In this document: piece by piece, positions 26,811 through 38,930 of the stretch
How positions within the stretch are numbered: position 1 is the first letter of the stretch
How the letters are laid out: each line of letters starts with the position of its first letter
Origin: Harriotta raleighana
Taxonomy: Eukaryota
Assembly: GCA_050575255.1 (NCBI GenBank)
Contig: JBNZDD010013686.1
Coordinates: forward strand, 2,851,286 to 2,915,285
Reading direction: 5' to 3'
Length of the DNA stretch: 64,000 nucleotides
Notes under the pieces: model-generated
Databases searched by the model: none
What the model was told of the DNA's origin: nothing
What the model saw: the letters and a program-made list of their open reading frames with translations, nothing else
Translations under genes and position numbers: made by a program

Positions 26811-27524
26811 TGTGTGTAGGACAGCATAAATACAACCTAGAATTCACCTGAATTTGGCTACAATCCCATTCCTGTTTGTGGTTTCACAATAATCATATAC
26901 ATAAAAGAGCAAATCATTACTTTATCAACAGAATGCTTTTATATTAGTTGTAAAACTTTATTAGTTAGCCCAACTATTCCATGCAATTAAACCTTTATTC
27001 AAAACAGAATTCATGTCCAAGAAGTAACCAAAACGTGGGTTTGGGAGATGGCCTTCAAGCAAAGATGTTTGTAAACGCAGAGCCAATGGACAAGAATGGA
27101 AATGTTTCACAGCACTTTAGTGCAATCACATAATGGGCAAGTTATTAGTTTTCACTCAGACTGGCTGTTCACTTGCCAAATAATATTACAAAATGTTGTA
27201 ATGGTGAGGGAACAAGAATAACATATACAAGCAGTAATTTTGTCAATTTGTGGTCAAATTTAAGGTGATAAAATTGCATGGTTCTGTGAAACAAAGCCAA
27301 TATTCATTCCACAATTCTCCGCCATGCTACCTCTCAAGGAGTGAATTAAACTTGAAATGTATAAAAAAAAAATAATTGGTAACGTTCTAGTTGGTTCTGA
27401 TTGGTTTAAAACGGAAAAATGAAATCATATACAGTATATACAACAGCTATTATATATGTTCAGCTGACAAAGATAAAAATGAGCTATGTCACCTGGATCT
27501 CCTGATTGAATTATTACTTCCAAT

Positions 27525-28410
27525 TGTAAGAGTCGATTTATGTTTGTGACCCTGCGGTGAAGTAAGGACTGATACAAATGTTTTACAATCAATAATATGT
27601 TTATTAATTCAGGTTAACAATAGTTATAAGAAATAAAAAGCATTCATCACATCAATGCTTACTTATCAACGCATAGTTCACAATGATTTAAGTTGATCAA
27701 ACCAAATGTTGTGGGAGAGATAGAGTAGCAAGGTCTAATTTAATGTCCAGATTAATCCAAATATAAGTCCATCAAATGGTATCCAAGTATTGTTGTACGA
27801 TTTCCAGTTCAACATCCGAAAGTATCCAAATATTATTGTGCTGTTTCCAGTTCGATATCCACGATTATCATTGTACTTGTAGAGTGGCTCCACTCATATT
27901 CTTGATCTTCTCTTTTTCCAAAGCTGAGAAATGGATTTGCGACTCCCAAGTTCTAATTTCTCCCCTTTCTCGATTTCTCCTTTCTCTTCCGTTCTTCCTT
28001 GTATCGACCTCTCTTCATTTTGTTCATTAGGTGACTTTTTCACGCATTGTCCTTTGCAAGATGGTTCCTCTGCAAAAACAAACGCAACACGGGGCTCTCT
28101 CCAGCTGCAGACCATATCTCCATGAGAAGATCGCTGATGAACTGAATATGAATTGAAAACACTTTGTTGTTTATACACAATCCCTTGTCTCCTCTACCAA
28201 GCTAGTCACAACCAAGTCCTATCAGGTGCAATTGGTTACATATGTCTCAAGTCGCCAATATAATTTGAGATCACCAAGAAGCATCTCATTGTCCTCTTTA
28301 TGACATACTTTGGACATAATCTTGGTCATAATATTTTCCAATATCAAAGATGGTGAACATACCTGCAGTTGATAACTGAAAAGACAAGAGAATATCAGCA
28401 CACACAACCT
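27525..28410 (-). mobile_element. Possible solo LTR
   Basis: TGT-starting boundary; minus-strand TATA-like motif (~28172), purine-rich body and AATAAA (~27600); no TSD found. Confidence 0.35.
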
Positions 28411-28437
28411 AAATATAATTCTATATAAATTTAGATA

Positions 28438-28560
28438 CATAGAATTATATAGAATATATAATGCAGAAACAGGCAATTTGGCCCAAATTATACTGGCATC
28501 TATGCTCCACATGAGCCTCATTCCCCTTCCTCAACTAAGCCTATCAGCATAACCTTCTAT
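28438..28560 (-). mobile_element. CR1-type 3' tail fragment
   Basis: Reverse complement of gggccaaattgcctgtttctg...(ATTCTAT)n. Confidence 0.6.
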
Positions 28561-28901
28561 TAGTATAGTTTGGATTTTGAGGGACAGCTACCAATGAATG
28601 ATGTCAGGCTGTAATCTTATATTAGGGTTAATGCGTAAAATAAATTGTATTGCCTTGTAGTCTCGCCTATATAATCATTATTTTAATATCAAATACTAAA
28701 AGACAAGTTTTGTCATTTTTATTTTTTTAACTCATACAAAAATGGAAATAAAATGATATAAACAACAACAAAGTATTGATTGCTATAATGTCAGCAATTA
28801 TTAATAATTGAAGGTGTATTTATAGAACTAGCAATAAGCAAGATTACTGCACAGACAACCGCAGTAGGAAATTGTCTTTTATGGTTAAACAGATATGATA
28901 C

Positions 28902-29078
28902 GGACTCTCTGTGCCTGCACATATAAGCAGGAAGGCTTCTTCAGATAAAATCAAGCAAGCCATCACTCGTGCTCACCACCCCATATTCAATGTGATGCAT
29001 GAATGTCACCCTGATTACAGATCGTTGAATATCTGTGGTTCTGGAGGTTACCAATACATTATTATGAACAGTGTGACA
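28902..29078 (-). pseudogene. Pseudo-exon, 177 bp, phase 0-0
   Basis: Pyrimidine tract + gag| CHTVHNNVLVTSRTTDIQRSVIRVTFMHHIEYGVVSTSDGLLDFI*RSLPAYMCRHRES |gtatc. Confidence 0.6.
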
Positions 29079-29886
29079 CTCAAAATGAGGGCACACAGAG
29101 GAAGGGTATAAATAGTATTCAGTGAAACAAATCATTATACTGCATATTCCTGTTGAGAAATCTACACTTGTTCTTTCTCTATCTCAAGTTTCAATAAAAG
29201 GGAAGGCATTTGTTTCAATGCCTTAAACCGCTGTTTCCCTTTTCCATCAATTTTGGGCCAGTTTTTGCAAACTGAAAGGCAGCCAGCCAAAACTACTGTT
29301 GTGTGTTTTACAAAAGGGAATTCAGTACTACCTTTCTAACCACCGACCCTACTTGTGTTTTACAGGTTTTTCATGCCACCACTTAGATGGTAAATAGAGC
29401 ATTCATTTATTATATGCCAGGCCTGAAGCTATATAGCTTCATAGATGCATTTAGCCTCAACAAACAGTGATTAGATGGCTGCAGTTATTAGATTCTATTT
29501 TAAAATTGAATGCTGGAGAAAAGCGAAATAGACGAACAACTCTGCGCAATTGGTGGACGTGTTTCGACCACCAAGTGTATAGCCAATTTATCTTACAGTG
29601 TATTCTGTGACGCACTTTGAGACATCTCAAAAATGTGATATGGCACTATATCAAATGCAAGGATTATTATTATTATTTATTGCTATTATTATATTACTGA
29701 AACAATGACTGTCCATTGCCTTGGGACGTTCTCCTGTTATGAAAGGCACTTTATAAGTGTAGTTTTCTTACTGAATCTAATTGATTTTTTTCCTCCTGTG
29801 GAGCTTCTGGAAAGCCAGTCAATGAAGAGTCACTTTATTTAAAGTGACACGAGAAATAATGTTTACATAAATAAAATCTTACCATG

Positions 29887-30185
29887 ACTGGCTCTGCTCA
29901 TTGAACTCTTGGCTCTTGAGTCAGAAGGTTGTGGGTTGAAACCTCAAGTTGGAATGTAGAGCTCATAGTCTTTAGGAGGACAGACTAACACAGTGCTGGG
30001 GGAGTGCTGCATTGTCAGAGGTGCCGTACTTCAGATAAAGTAAAAGGTCCCGTCTGCCTATTCAGGTGAATGTTAAAGATCCTATAGCAATCTTCAAAAG
30101 CATAGAGAGTTTCTCCAGTGTCTTGGCCATCAACCCAACTAATAATATGAATCATTCACTTCATGCCTGTTCGTGGAACTTGGCT
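29887..30185 (+). mobile_element. Older Deu-SINE copy
   Basis: gagtcagaaggttgtggg...gtgctgcattgtcagaggtgcc...taaagatcc. Confidence 0.75.
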
Positions 30186-30741
30186 AGAATAGGTAGAACA
30201 TAGGAAAGAATAATTATTCCTGTTGACGAATCTATACTTGTTTTTTCACTTACTCAAGTTTCAACACAAGGGAAGTCATTTGTTTTTAATGCGTTAATCC
30301 ACAGATTCCCCTTTCCATTAATGTTCAACTCGACAATTTGAGGTCACAAAACAAATTGCGCATCTTCCAGAAAAGAAAGACAAAAAAAAGGCAAAAACGA
30401 CAAAAGGAAAAACATGACAATTAAAAAAAAATGCATTTGTGCTGCAAATTATAGCAAGATTGAACCAGTACTTCAGCAGCTTTAATACTGTACTATTAAT
30501 TTTGTATAATTAAAAATTTATAGAATCAGTGAATCCAGAGATGAGTCTCTGTGTACCTGATGGCAGTCTAAAGGTTTAATTGCATAACATAGTGTCTTTG
30601 TTACTCTTGCAATGCTTTCTTTATTTGTGTATCCCTGGAGAGTAATTCTCCATTTCTTTCCATTTATTTTTCCATGTCAACGTATGTGCAAAAACATCAG
30701 TGAGAAAATCGTAGTACAACAAGAGACTAAAACTAAAATGC

Positions 30742-30986
30742 AAAATACTGCAAATGCTGGAAATCTGAAACAAAAACGGAAATCGCTGGGAAAACTCAGC
30801 AGGTCGGGCAACATCTATGGTGAAAGGAAAGTCCACAAATATACAGTCAATTCACTTTACAGTGTATTCTGTGAAGCACTTTGAAAAGTCTAGAAGACGT
30901 GAGAAGTGCTATATTAAATGCTAGGATTATTATGGAGAAAGGAAAAGCGAGTCAATATTTTGGATCCACGACCCTACATCAGAACT
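30742..30986 (-). mobile_element. Penelope-like terminal-repeat fragment with degraded hammerhead motif, interrupted by a SINE tail (~30832-30933)
   Basis: aaatgctggaaatctgaaac...ctcagcaggtcgggcaacatct; ggtgaaaggaaag / ggagaaaggaaaag duplicated around the SINE. Confidence 0.6.
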
Positions 30987-33900
30987 TGAGACTAAAACTG
31001 TCTGCATTAGATGCTCATATAGCCAACGTTTGTGAAGCAACTGATGCTTTATCACTCGTCTCCTGTTTTTAACGTTAACATAACCTCTTTAGAAATTACT
31101 TTGATTTATCAATTGCTAGATCAAGTGTGTTGTGTTCTTTGAATTTAATTTCACCTGACTATATCAAATGAACAAGGACATCGTACAAAGGCACAGGCCA
31201 GTTCTAACAATCTCATTGCGTGTTTAGCTAACCTACTTAATTGTATTCCAAAAGAACAGTTACCAGAGACGAAAAAACATGAAGGAAACCCAACCCTAAT
31301 CCCCATTACTGGAAAATGTTGCCTCGGGGCTTAGGTAACCTTCTGCAATATTTTGAGAAGAGTCTTTTTTGCCCCCACTGCTAAAATGTGCTTATCAGTA
31401 TTGTTTCTATTCTGCTGCCGTTTGTAATGATCACAAAACACTTTAGATCCGTCTAATGAAAATGTGAAAACATTTGAGCTGACAGAGAGACTGAAGGATT
31501 CCGCAGTTCAGCTTATACTCTGTAAAAATCATAATCGGACAAGTTATTTTGCATAACTTTAAACACTTCAAACTAAATTTTTAGCACTTTCAGCATCTTT
31601 TAAGTTATCAGAATGTATAATATTCTTTTAGAAATAGCAGATTTTTCCAAGGTGAGCATTTAACAAGTAACTTTGTTTCACAATTTCCTCAAATATATAT
31701 GTGACCTTCAAGTGATTGAGTGCTCATATACTGATACCTGGAACTTATTTAATTCAGAACAGAATAACTATGCAGCAAAATATAATTGGAGTTATTTAAA
31801 TCGATTAAATTCAAGTTTAAAAAAAATGAATGCTTTTGGAAATTTAGCATGTTGCTTTTTTAATACTCACCAATAATTATGTGTGTTACACATCACCTAA
31901 AAGCAAGGCTGCGGCGTTAATTAGGCATTACAAAAATGCGCAAGTGTAAATTAATAGGGATATCCGGAAATATGTGAAGGCCACAGCATCCTCTTTGACA
32001 AGGTAATGTCTGGGTGATTATTATTGCCACAGACTCCAATCATTTCTTACCCACAGGCCATGACTGTAAATTAATACTGAAAGAAGACACTATTGGTTAT
32101 GTCTTTAGTTTCGCATCACGCACTGGGTAATTGTTCAATGCAGAAAGAGAAAGGCAAACTTAACAAATGGCAATATTATGTCAGTGCTGAACATATTTTG
32201 TTAAAAAGGAAAAATAAGGAAGAGTTTATCTCTGCTCTCCTGGGCTGAATGCATCTGTTTGTGGTGGAGAATGGTTCAGTGGGCACTGGTACCTCTCCAG
32301 TACATCAAGCAAATGGCCAGTCTTTGTTTTTGTGTCTCGACAGACAGTATCAACAGGTTACTGGGAAAATGGAGTGCATCATTGCTAAAACCATGAAAGT
32401 CAGTGGATGACAATGGAAGTCAATGTGTAACAAACAGGCACAAATCAAATCTAAGCAAATATTTAGACCTGCCGTGTTTCGTATTGAATTTAATTCATAT
32501 TCAGGTAAGCAGAGGTACAGTACTTGCATTCATCCTCTCCACATTGCCCCACCCCCCAGAACATGTTTACATGGATACTGCTAAATTGAGAGCTGTGATA
32601 TCAGGGTTATTAGCCTGACAGGAATCCATTTTTTTTTACTTCCATCCTCATTTAAAGATATTTTTCCCCTACTTATGATTTATTAACCTTAAAAAGTAAT
32701 TTAAAAACCAAAAGTTTGTCTTGACAGATCTTATTTGGTTCTGCACAATTTTGTGACATGTGACATTTACAAAAGGTCATGTCATGTATCACTATATCAT
32801 AGCTAGCAATCCAAGCCCAGTTCCTGTTAAACTAAATCAGGAAGATTTTGAAATGGCTGAGTCTCTCAAATATCTTGGCACAATTGCTTATATTGGATCT
32901 AAAACAGAGCCCGTAAATACAATGCCTCATCCTGTGCTTTACTTCTATACTTCTTAGATTAGTTGTCATATTCTATCTAGTGACATTGATCAGAAAATGC
33001 TGTGAATTACAGCATAAAAAAAATATGAGAGATGATTAAAAATAGTGCTGATTGTCGTAAAATTAAATGCTCATTGTAATAAAGTTCAAAACTCATTGTA
33101 ATAAAATATGGGACACTGCAATATACACAAAATATATACAATCAATTCACTTTATGTATTCTGTGAAGCACTTTGAGACATCTCGACAAGTTGATAAGGT
33201 GGTTATTCAAATGCAAGGATTATTATTATTGTAATCTCGTATTTCTCTGTGATATTTTCTGGAGATCTACACTGAGGCACTAGTTTTTTTTGACAATAAT
33301 CGAAAAGAATANTTTTTTNNNNNNNNNNNNNNNNNNNNNNNNNNNNNTGAGGCACTAGTTATTTTTGACAATAATCGAAAAGAATACCACATCTTCTGAA
33401 TACCTCACAACAAGAAAAATACAGTCTTCAGGGACGCACTCACTCTACTGGATATTGGCAATCATCTTTATGAATAGAGCATTGGAATGGAAAGCTCCTG
33501 GACAGACTGAATGATTATTGCTGAATAATGTGTGATTTGTGGTTAGCAACTGTTATAAGTTAAAGCCGCAATTATCAGTTTGGAAGGAAGTGAAGAGTTA
33601 AATACTCTTAATTGATTATTTCACACACAAGTCTATAGTAGATGCTCATGTGAATTGCATGTTGTATGCATTAGTCCAAGAAGTAATTACAATACCATAC
33701 AAATTTACATTTATATAGTGCCTTTTATGTTGGGAAGATGACCCGAATGACCCAAAGTGCTCGTGCTGGGAGTGGGAGTTACGACTAGGAATAAACTAAC
33801 GCTTTCCTAATATACTAATGCTTTGAATTTAACATTACATTTAATCAACTCACAACCAGGTTACTACTTAGTGCTAGTTAAACAGAGATATGTGGTATTT

Positions 33901-34439
33901 GGAAACTTTCTCAACATTTCGTCCTGCTAGGAATCAAACCCAGGTCTCTCACTTGCGAGGCGAATGCTCTAACCACGGAACTACTGATGAAGAAATAGTA
34001 GCTCAGAAACCCATACTGATTGTCCAAATCAACGAGAAATAAAAATTGGAAATATGGCACCCAAATGACACAGTAATCTATGGACCTTTACTTATTTAAC
34101 AGAAAAAACAGCTACAATATTATGTTCAGAAATAAACACGAACATGTTCTGAATTGGACGTTGCCAATAATTTCCATGAGATGGTATGATGTTTGTTGGA
34201 TTCCTCCTGATATGAAAGGTGCTCTATAAATGTAATTTTGTTTTGTTGTTGTTGTTCACTGGAGTGCTGTGTATGGCACTTGATATGTTCCAAGTGTGTA
34301 CAATCCAATTTTTATTTTCAGTTCTGTGGAAAAGCAACAACAACAAAATTACATTTGTATAACTCCTTTCAAGCACATGCAAAGGAACTGTGAAAATAAC
34401 ATTAATGTCCACAATCTTGATCTAAGAACACATTCTCAC

Positions 34440-34672
34440 GGCCCGAGGAGTTCACTTGTTATTTTACACTGGGAAGGTTCTTGCCTACTGCCTGTTCCAA
34501 AATATCTAACATCTTCCATCAACCGATGATGAGACCTCAGATAAACCTGAATGCCCACAAGATAATGTTACTACAAACAGCCACAGGCTGTTTGTATCTG
34601 ATTGCAACAAGTTCCGGCGCTTGTTTCCACAACTGCACTTAGAAGCAGGATTCTCAGGATTTGGGCTTCAAG
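34440..34672 (-). pseudogene. Pseudo-exon
   Basis: tttttgtaag| LEAQILRILLLSAVVETSAGTCCNQIQTACGCL**HYLVGIQVYLRSHHRLMEDVRYFGTG... |gtgaga. Confidence 0.6.
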
Positions 34673-35343
34673 CTTACAAAAACATCATGATGGTAAAATG
34701 ACACTGAATCCTTTATGTTGCAAAAATGGACTTTAAAGATAGGTGCAAAATATCAGAAGCCATATCAGAAAATAAAATACTTCAGTACAATGGAGGCACC
34801 ATGCATGTTGAAACATGACTATTGCTTCAACATATCCTAAACATGTTTAAAATTTAAACATTTAAATTGATGACATTTTATATTGAGGCAGTTTTTATAA
34901 TGTTTGCCATCATTAGCTATGAGAAACTATGTAGTGTCAACAAACAGAGTTAAAATGCTTGAATTGTCCCATTACTGGTAAATCATTTGAATACTACACT
35001 TCACTTTAATATGTTTCCTCACCATTACTTTTATAATTTGAACTTAATTATAAGCATAAGTAGAAGATGTTGTGATGCCAAGTTTCATTCAACATATAAT
35101 GCTGAAAATGCAAAGAAGAAGACGGTCTTCAGTGAAAAAGAAACTAGACACTTCATTTATTGCCCTGGTATGAAACAGCTCTCGTGTAGCTCTATAAATC
35201 CCGGGGGAAACTGTCCTAGACTAAAGTGTAGTTGAATTAAAAAATCTGAATAGCAGTTTGATAAATAAAGGCAGTACGCAAATCATAAAAGTGTGTTTGA
35301 ATGGAGACCATTTGGCCTATTTGAACTTATCCTTCCACAATAC

Positions 35344-35750
35344 CCGACTTGCTGAACATTACAAAACTTTCATAAATACCAATGACTCAGGATAATTGGG
35401 CATAGTGTAACATTTTGGAGTGAGACCAGGAAACATTTCTCTATAATAAGAGTAATCCTTACATTTGATATAGCACTTTTCACATCTTCTAGATGTCACA
35501 CAGCACTTCACAAAATATATTGTAAAGTGAATTGACAGTATATTTTGTGATTATCCTAGAGGATAATCAACAACTTGAAGTTGAATGCTGGACTCATTTA
35601 AGAAATAGTTTAATACTCTAGTAGGGGGAAATGGTCTGATTGAAGAGTGGTATCTTTGCATTGAAGGACTTTCTTCATCTGAAACTCTCTTGTGCTTTCT
35701 GTGATGTGTAGTTAATAGATTAACAAGGTGTTGGAGCAGAATGAAAAACT
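35344..35750 (-). pseudogene. Pseudo-exon split by a SINE fragment (~35445-35550)
   Basis: ttcctcag| FFILLQHLVNLLTTHHRKHKRVSDEESPSMQRYHSSIRPFPP...[SINE]...EMFPGLTPKCYTMPNYPESLVFMKVL*CSASR |gtattg; ends phase 0. Confidence 0.5.
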
Positions 35751-36279
35751 CTGAGGAATTAGGAAATTGAACAAACAAGACAGATAAAAGAGTGTTATTA
35801 CTTTTGGCAACCCCATTTGTTATTATAATAGATATTTATCAGATCAATGTAAAGCAGTCAGTCACTTCAGTTTATTGTAATACTCTTAGAAATAATGATT
35901 ATGTCTGGAGGCATCTTGTCTGCTGTCTTTTTTTTTAGGTGGTTACATATTTTGTGAGGTGGAAAGTGGTGTTCACACTGTTACCAGCAGGAGGTTGGTC
36001 TGAAGCTTGCTTGATGGCTGTCAACCTATTTGGTGTAAGAGGATAATAAACCTTGAAGAGGAATAAAATTACAGAAGCTACATACTGTTTTTTAAGGAAG
36101 CAGGATGTTCCAAGGACAGTTGGACAGAAATGTGAGACATAAGGTAAGTGATACCCTCCATTCAAACATTTCCAATTCTTTTTGACTGTTTCCAGTCAGG
36201 CCAGGATTTATGGTGGACCACGACTGTCACCAAATTTATATTGAAACGCAGAAGACGACCTCTCAAACAACCTATAACC

Positions 36280-36955
36280 TTACATCCGGTCCCTCACCAG
36301 CACCGCCTTCTTCCACCTCTGACGGATTGCCTGCCTCTGCCAATACCTCATGCCAAAAGCCACTGAAACCCTGGTCCACGCCTTTGTCACCTCTCGGCTG
36401 GACTATTGCAATGCCCTTCTCTCCGGTCTCCCCTTCTCCACATTCCAGAGTCCAGCTTATCCAAAAACTCTGCCGCTCGCGTTCTCACCCGCACCAAACT
36501 TCGCTCCCCCATTATCCCATCCTTGCCAGACTTCACTGGCTCCCTATCCCAGAGAGGATTGATTTCAAGATTCTCATCCTCATCTTCAAATCCTTCCAAT
36601 CCTCTGCACCCGCCTATCTCTCTGACCTCCTCTCTCATCAAACCAGCATCCGTTGCCTTCGCTCCACTGGGTTTGGCCTCCTCCATGTCCCCCCGAATCC
36701 TCTGCTCCACCCTCGGCGGCCGTGCCTTCAGCCAGTATGCCCCGAGGCTCTGGAATTCCCTTCCTCTCTCCCTCCTCCTCGCCCCCCTCTTTTTCCAGTT
36801 TCAAGTCCCAGCTGAAGACCTTTCTCTTCGACCATGCCTTTGGTCACCTTTCTATCCCTGCCCCTGGCTTGGTCCCATGATCCACTATTGTGAAGCACTC
36901 TGAGACGCCATTGGCGTGGAGGGCGCTATATAAATCGAAGTTGTTGTTGTTGTTA
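36280..36955 (+). mobile_element. L2 3' fragment
   Basis: [51 protein letters not shown]; (TTG)n tail. Confidence 0.9.
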
Positions 36956-36995
36956 TAATTGGGTCTTGAATTAAAGACAGAAGCTATAGTTAATA

Positions 36996-37284
36996 CATAA
37001 TAATAATAATCCTTGCATTTGATATAGCGTTTTTCACATCTAATCGATGTCTCAAAGTGCTTCACAGAGTAGACTGTAAAGTGAATTGACTGTATATTTG
37101 CAGTGTCCCAAAGTTGTTGATTAAAATTACCAATTTTTGTTCATGTGGCTTTTTTTGGATGGATTATTTTTAGGCATATGGAGTAAGGAAATTTACCCAA
37201 GGTTTCGCCCTAATCTGCCTGGATTCGAACACATGACTCATGCTTGTAAGGCGAGTGCTCTAACCACTGAGCTACATGAGCTCC
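36996..37284 (-). mobile_element. Same SINE family, near full length
   Basis: Tail, core and head ggattcgaac...gctctaaccactgagctac. Confidence 0.85.
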
Positions 37285-37290
37285 ACATAC

Positions 37291-37470
37291 ATCCACCAAC
37301 TGTCCAGACTGGAATGTCTAGATATCGTTCAAAATCCATTAAGTGTCCTTTCTTTTGACTAGACACTGGTGTTGCTAGCTGAGACTTCACAAGCTATGGA
37401 ACATCTTCACAATATTGTCACTGACTATGATTGATCACACGAACCAAGTTCAAACTTGTCATATTCTGAC
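37291..37470 (-). pseudogene. Candidate first coding pseudo-exon (ATG at 37462)
   Basis: catacag| ... |gtatgt; MTSLNLVRVINHSQ*QYCEDVP*LVKSQLATPVSSQKKGHLMDFERYLDIPVWTVGG. Confidence 0.5.
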
Positions 37471-38679
37471 CTGTATGTTTTCCAAATTACTGTGTTTAGA
37501 ATTTCTCTTTTCAGGTTAACAATATTTGCAATTGATGATGAAATGTCTCAAAGAGCATTGCTCAATTATTATTTTTTTAAAAAGTGTAGTGACTATAGTA
37601 ACACAAAGGAACAGCTAAAATGAGCCAGCAACAGCAATACAGTCAATGGACAATTGATTTGGTTTTGGTGAATTTGAGTGAGGGAAATTGTAAAATTGGG
37701 GGGAGCCTTAAATGCTCATCAGCATCTTCTGGAGAGATGTAGAGGAGAGAAGGGGACAAATCTAATTAAACAAAATAAAATAAAACTTGTTGGAAAAAAA
37801 GCTGTTTTTTTCTCAAATTACAAATCACCTTTCAGTTATTCTCCATTGTTGGAAAATGTTAAGTATCACATTCACAGCTAAATATTTACTGAGTTTGTAG
37901 TAAATAAAGATCAGATTAAAGTTCATCACAGAGTATGATTATATATATATACACAGTACATACATTAATAAATAAATGATTTTTTTTGCCACAATCTGTT
38001 TAGCAGAAAATCAATATGAACTGATGTCTCTTCATTTCTAACATATTCCAAATATTAGAATAGAGCACATCCAAACCCTATTTTTTTTAAAAATCGCCCA
38101 GTCCTATCACATATATATTTGACAGCAAATTTCACACCAGCCCATGAATGAATTGTCCTGTTATTAATATGAATTAATAGGTCCATTAGCATGCAAATAA
38201 CCATGATCTTTGCCCTACCCAAGAGAATCTTTCTGTCAATAACAATTTTGTTTAACTGACATTTGCAAGGATTATTATTTGATTTCCTGCTGAAAAATAT
38301 ACTCAGTAGTACCCTCAAGCAATCTCTCTAGTTGATGCAGTCCTTTTTTTGTTTTTTCCGATGCTGTAGTAAGTTTAGAAGAACAGACCTTGTAAGTACA
38401 ACAAAATGCAGTTGGTGTGGCTACACTGATAACTTGAAAATATTGCTTATTCTATGTTGATGCTCGGTGGATAAAGACATGAAACCATACAGATTAGGAG
38501 TCACCAGGTTTAAGTCTCTGTCTAATTCATTTTGTTTATCTTAGTGTTATGGTGCTACAATTGGCCTAAATACTTTTCTTCCCAATACTAGATTGATATA
38601 GTATTTTCTGGGTTTGAGAAGAAAATACTACTGTATATCAATCTAGTATTGGGAAGAAAAGTGAGCAGCTCTATGTTGT

Positions 38680-38930
38680 TGGAGTTTACGCCTTTTGGAT
38701 AAGATGTTAAACCAAAGTCCTGTCTGTTCAGGTGAAAGATCTCATGGCACCATTTGACAAGAGAAGGGAGTTTCTCCCAGTTCAATGCCAACAATCCCCT
38801 ACATCCAATTGGTCATTCACCTCACAACTGTTTGTGAAACATTACTGCAAATTGCTTAGCATGTTTACCTACAAATACAGTGACTGGAGTTTACAGTCTA
38901 TCCTTTGAAGTGCTTTGAGAGATCTATAAA
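38680..38930 (+). mobile_element. Older Deu-SINE copy, 3' part
   Basis: ttttggataagatgttaaacc...aaagatctcatggcac...ctgtttgtg. Confidence 0.65.

Larger units (their letters stand above)
986..37470 (-). pseudogene. Large unprocessed (intron-containing) pseudogene of an unidentified protein-coding gene; probably continues beyond the window start
   Basis: Chain of AG/GT-flanked segments with protein-like translation and compatible phases across most junctions, interrupted by stops, frameshifts and TE insertions (see exon features). Confidence 0.75.

Noticed and set aside
16714-29078. Selenoprotein or readthrough explanation for the many in-frame TGAs in the fossil exons
   Set aside because: TAA and TAG stops, frameshifts and TE insertions co-occur; CpG decay of CGA codons is the simpler explanation.
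32790-32895. Possible exon (MAESLKYLG)
   Set aside because: KYLG is a typical reverse-transcriptase remnant motif; likely old LINE debris on the plus strand.
33272-33386. Direct repeat around an N gap
   Set aside because: Same sequence on both gap edges; the gap is probably negative.
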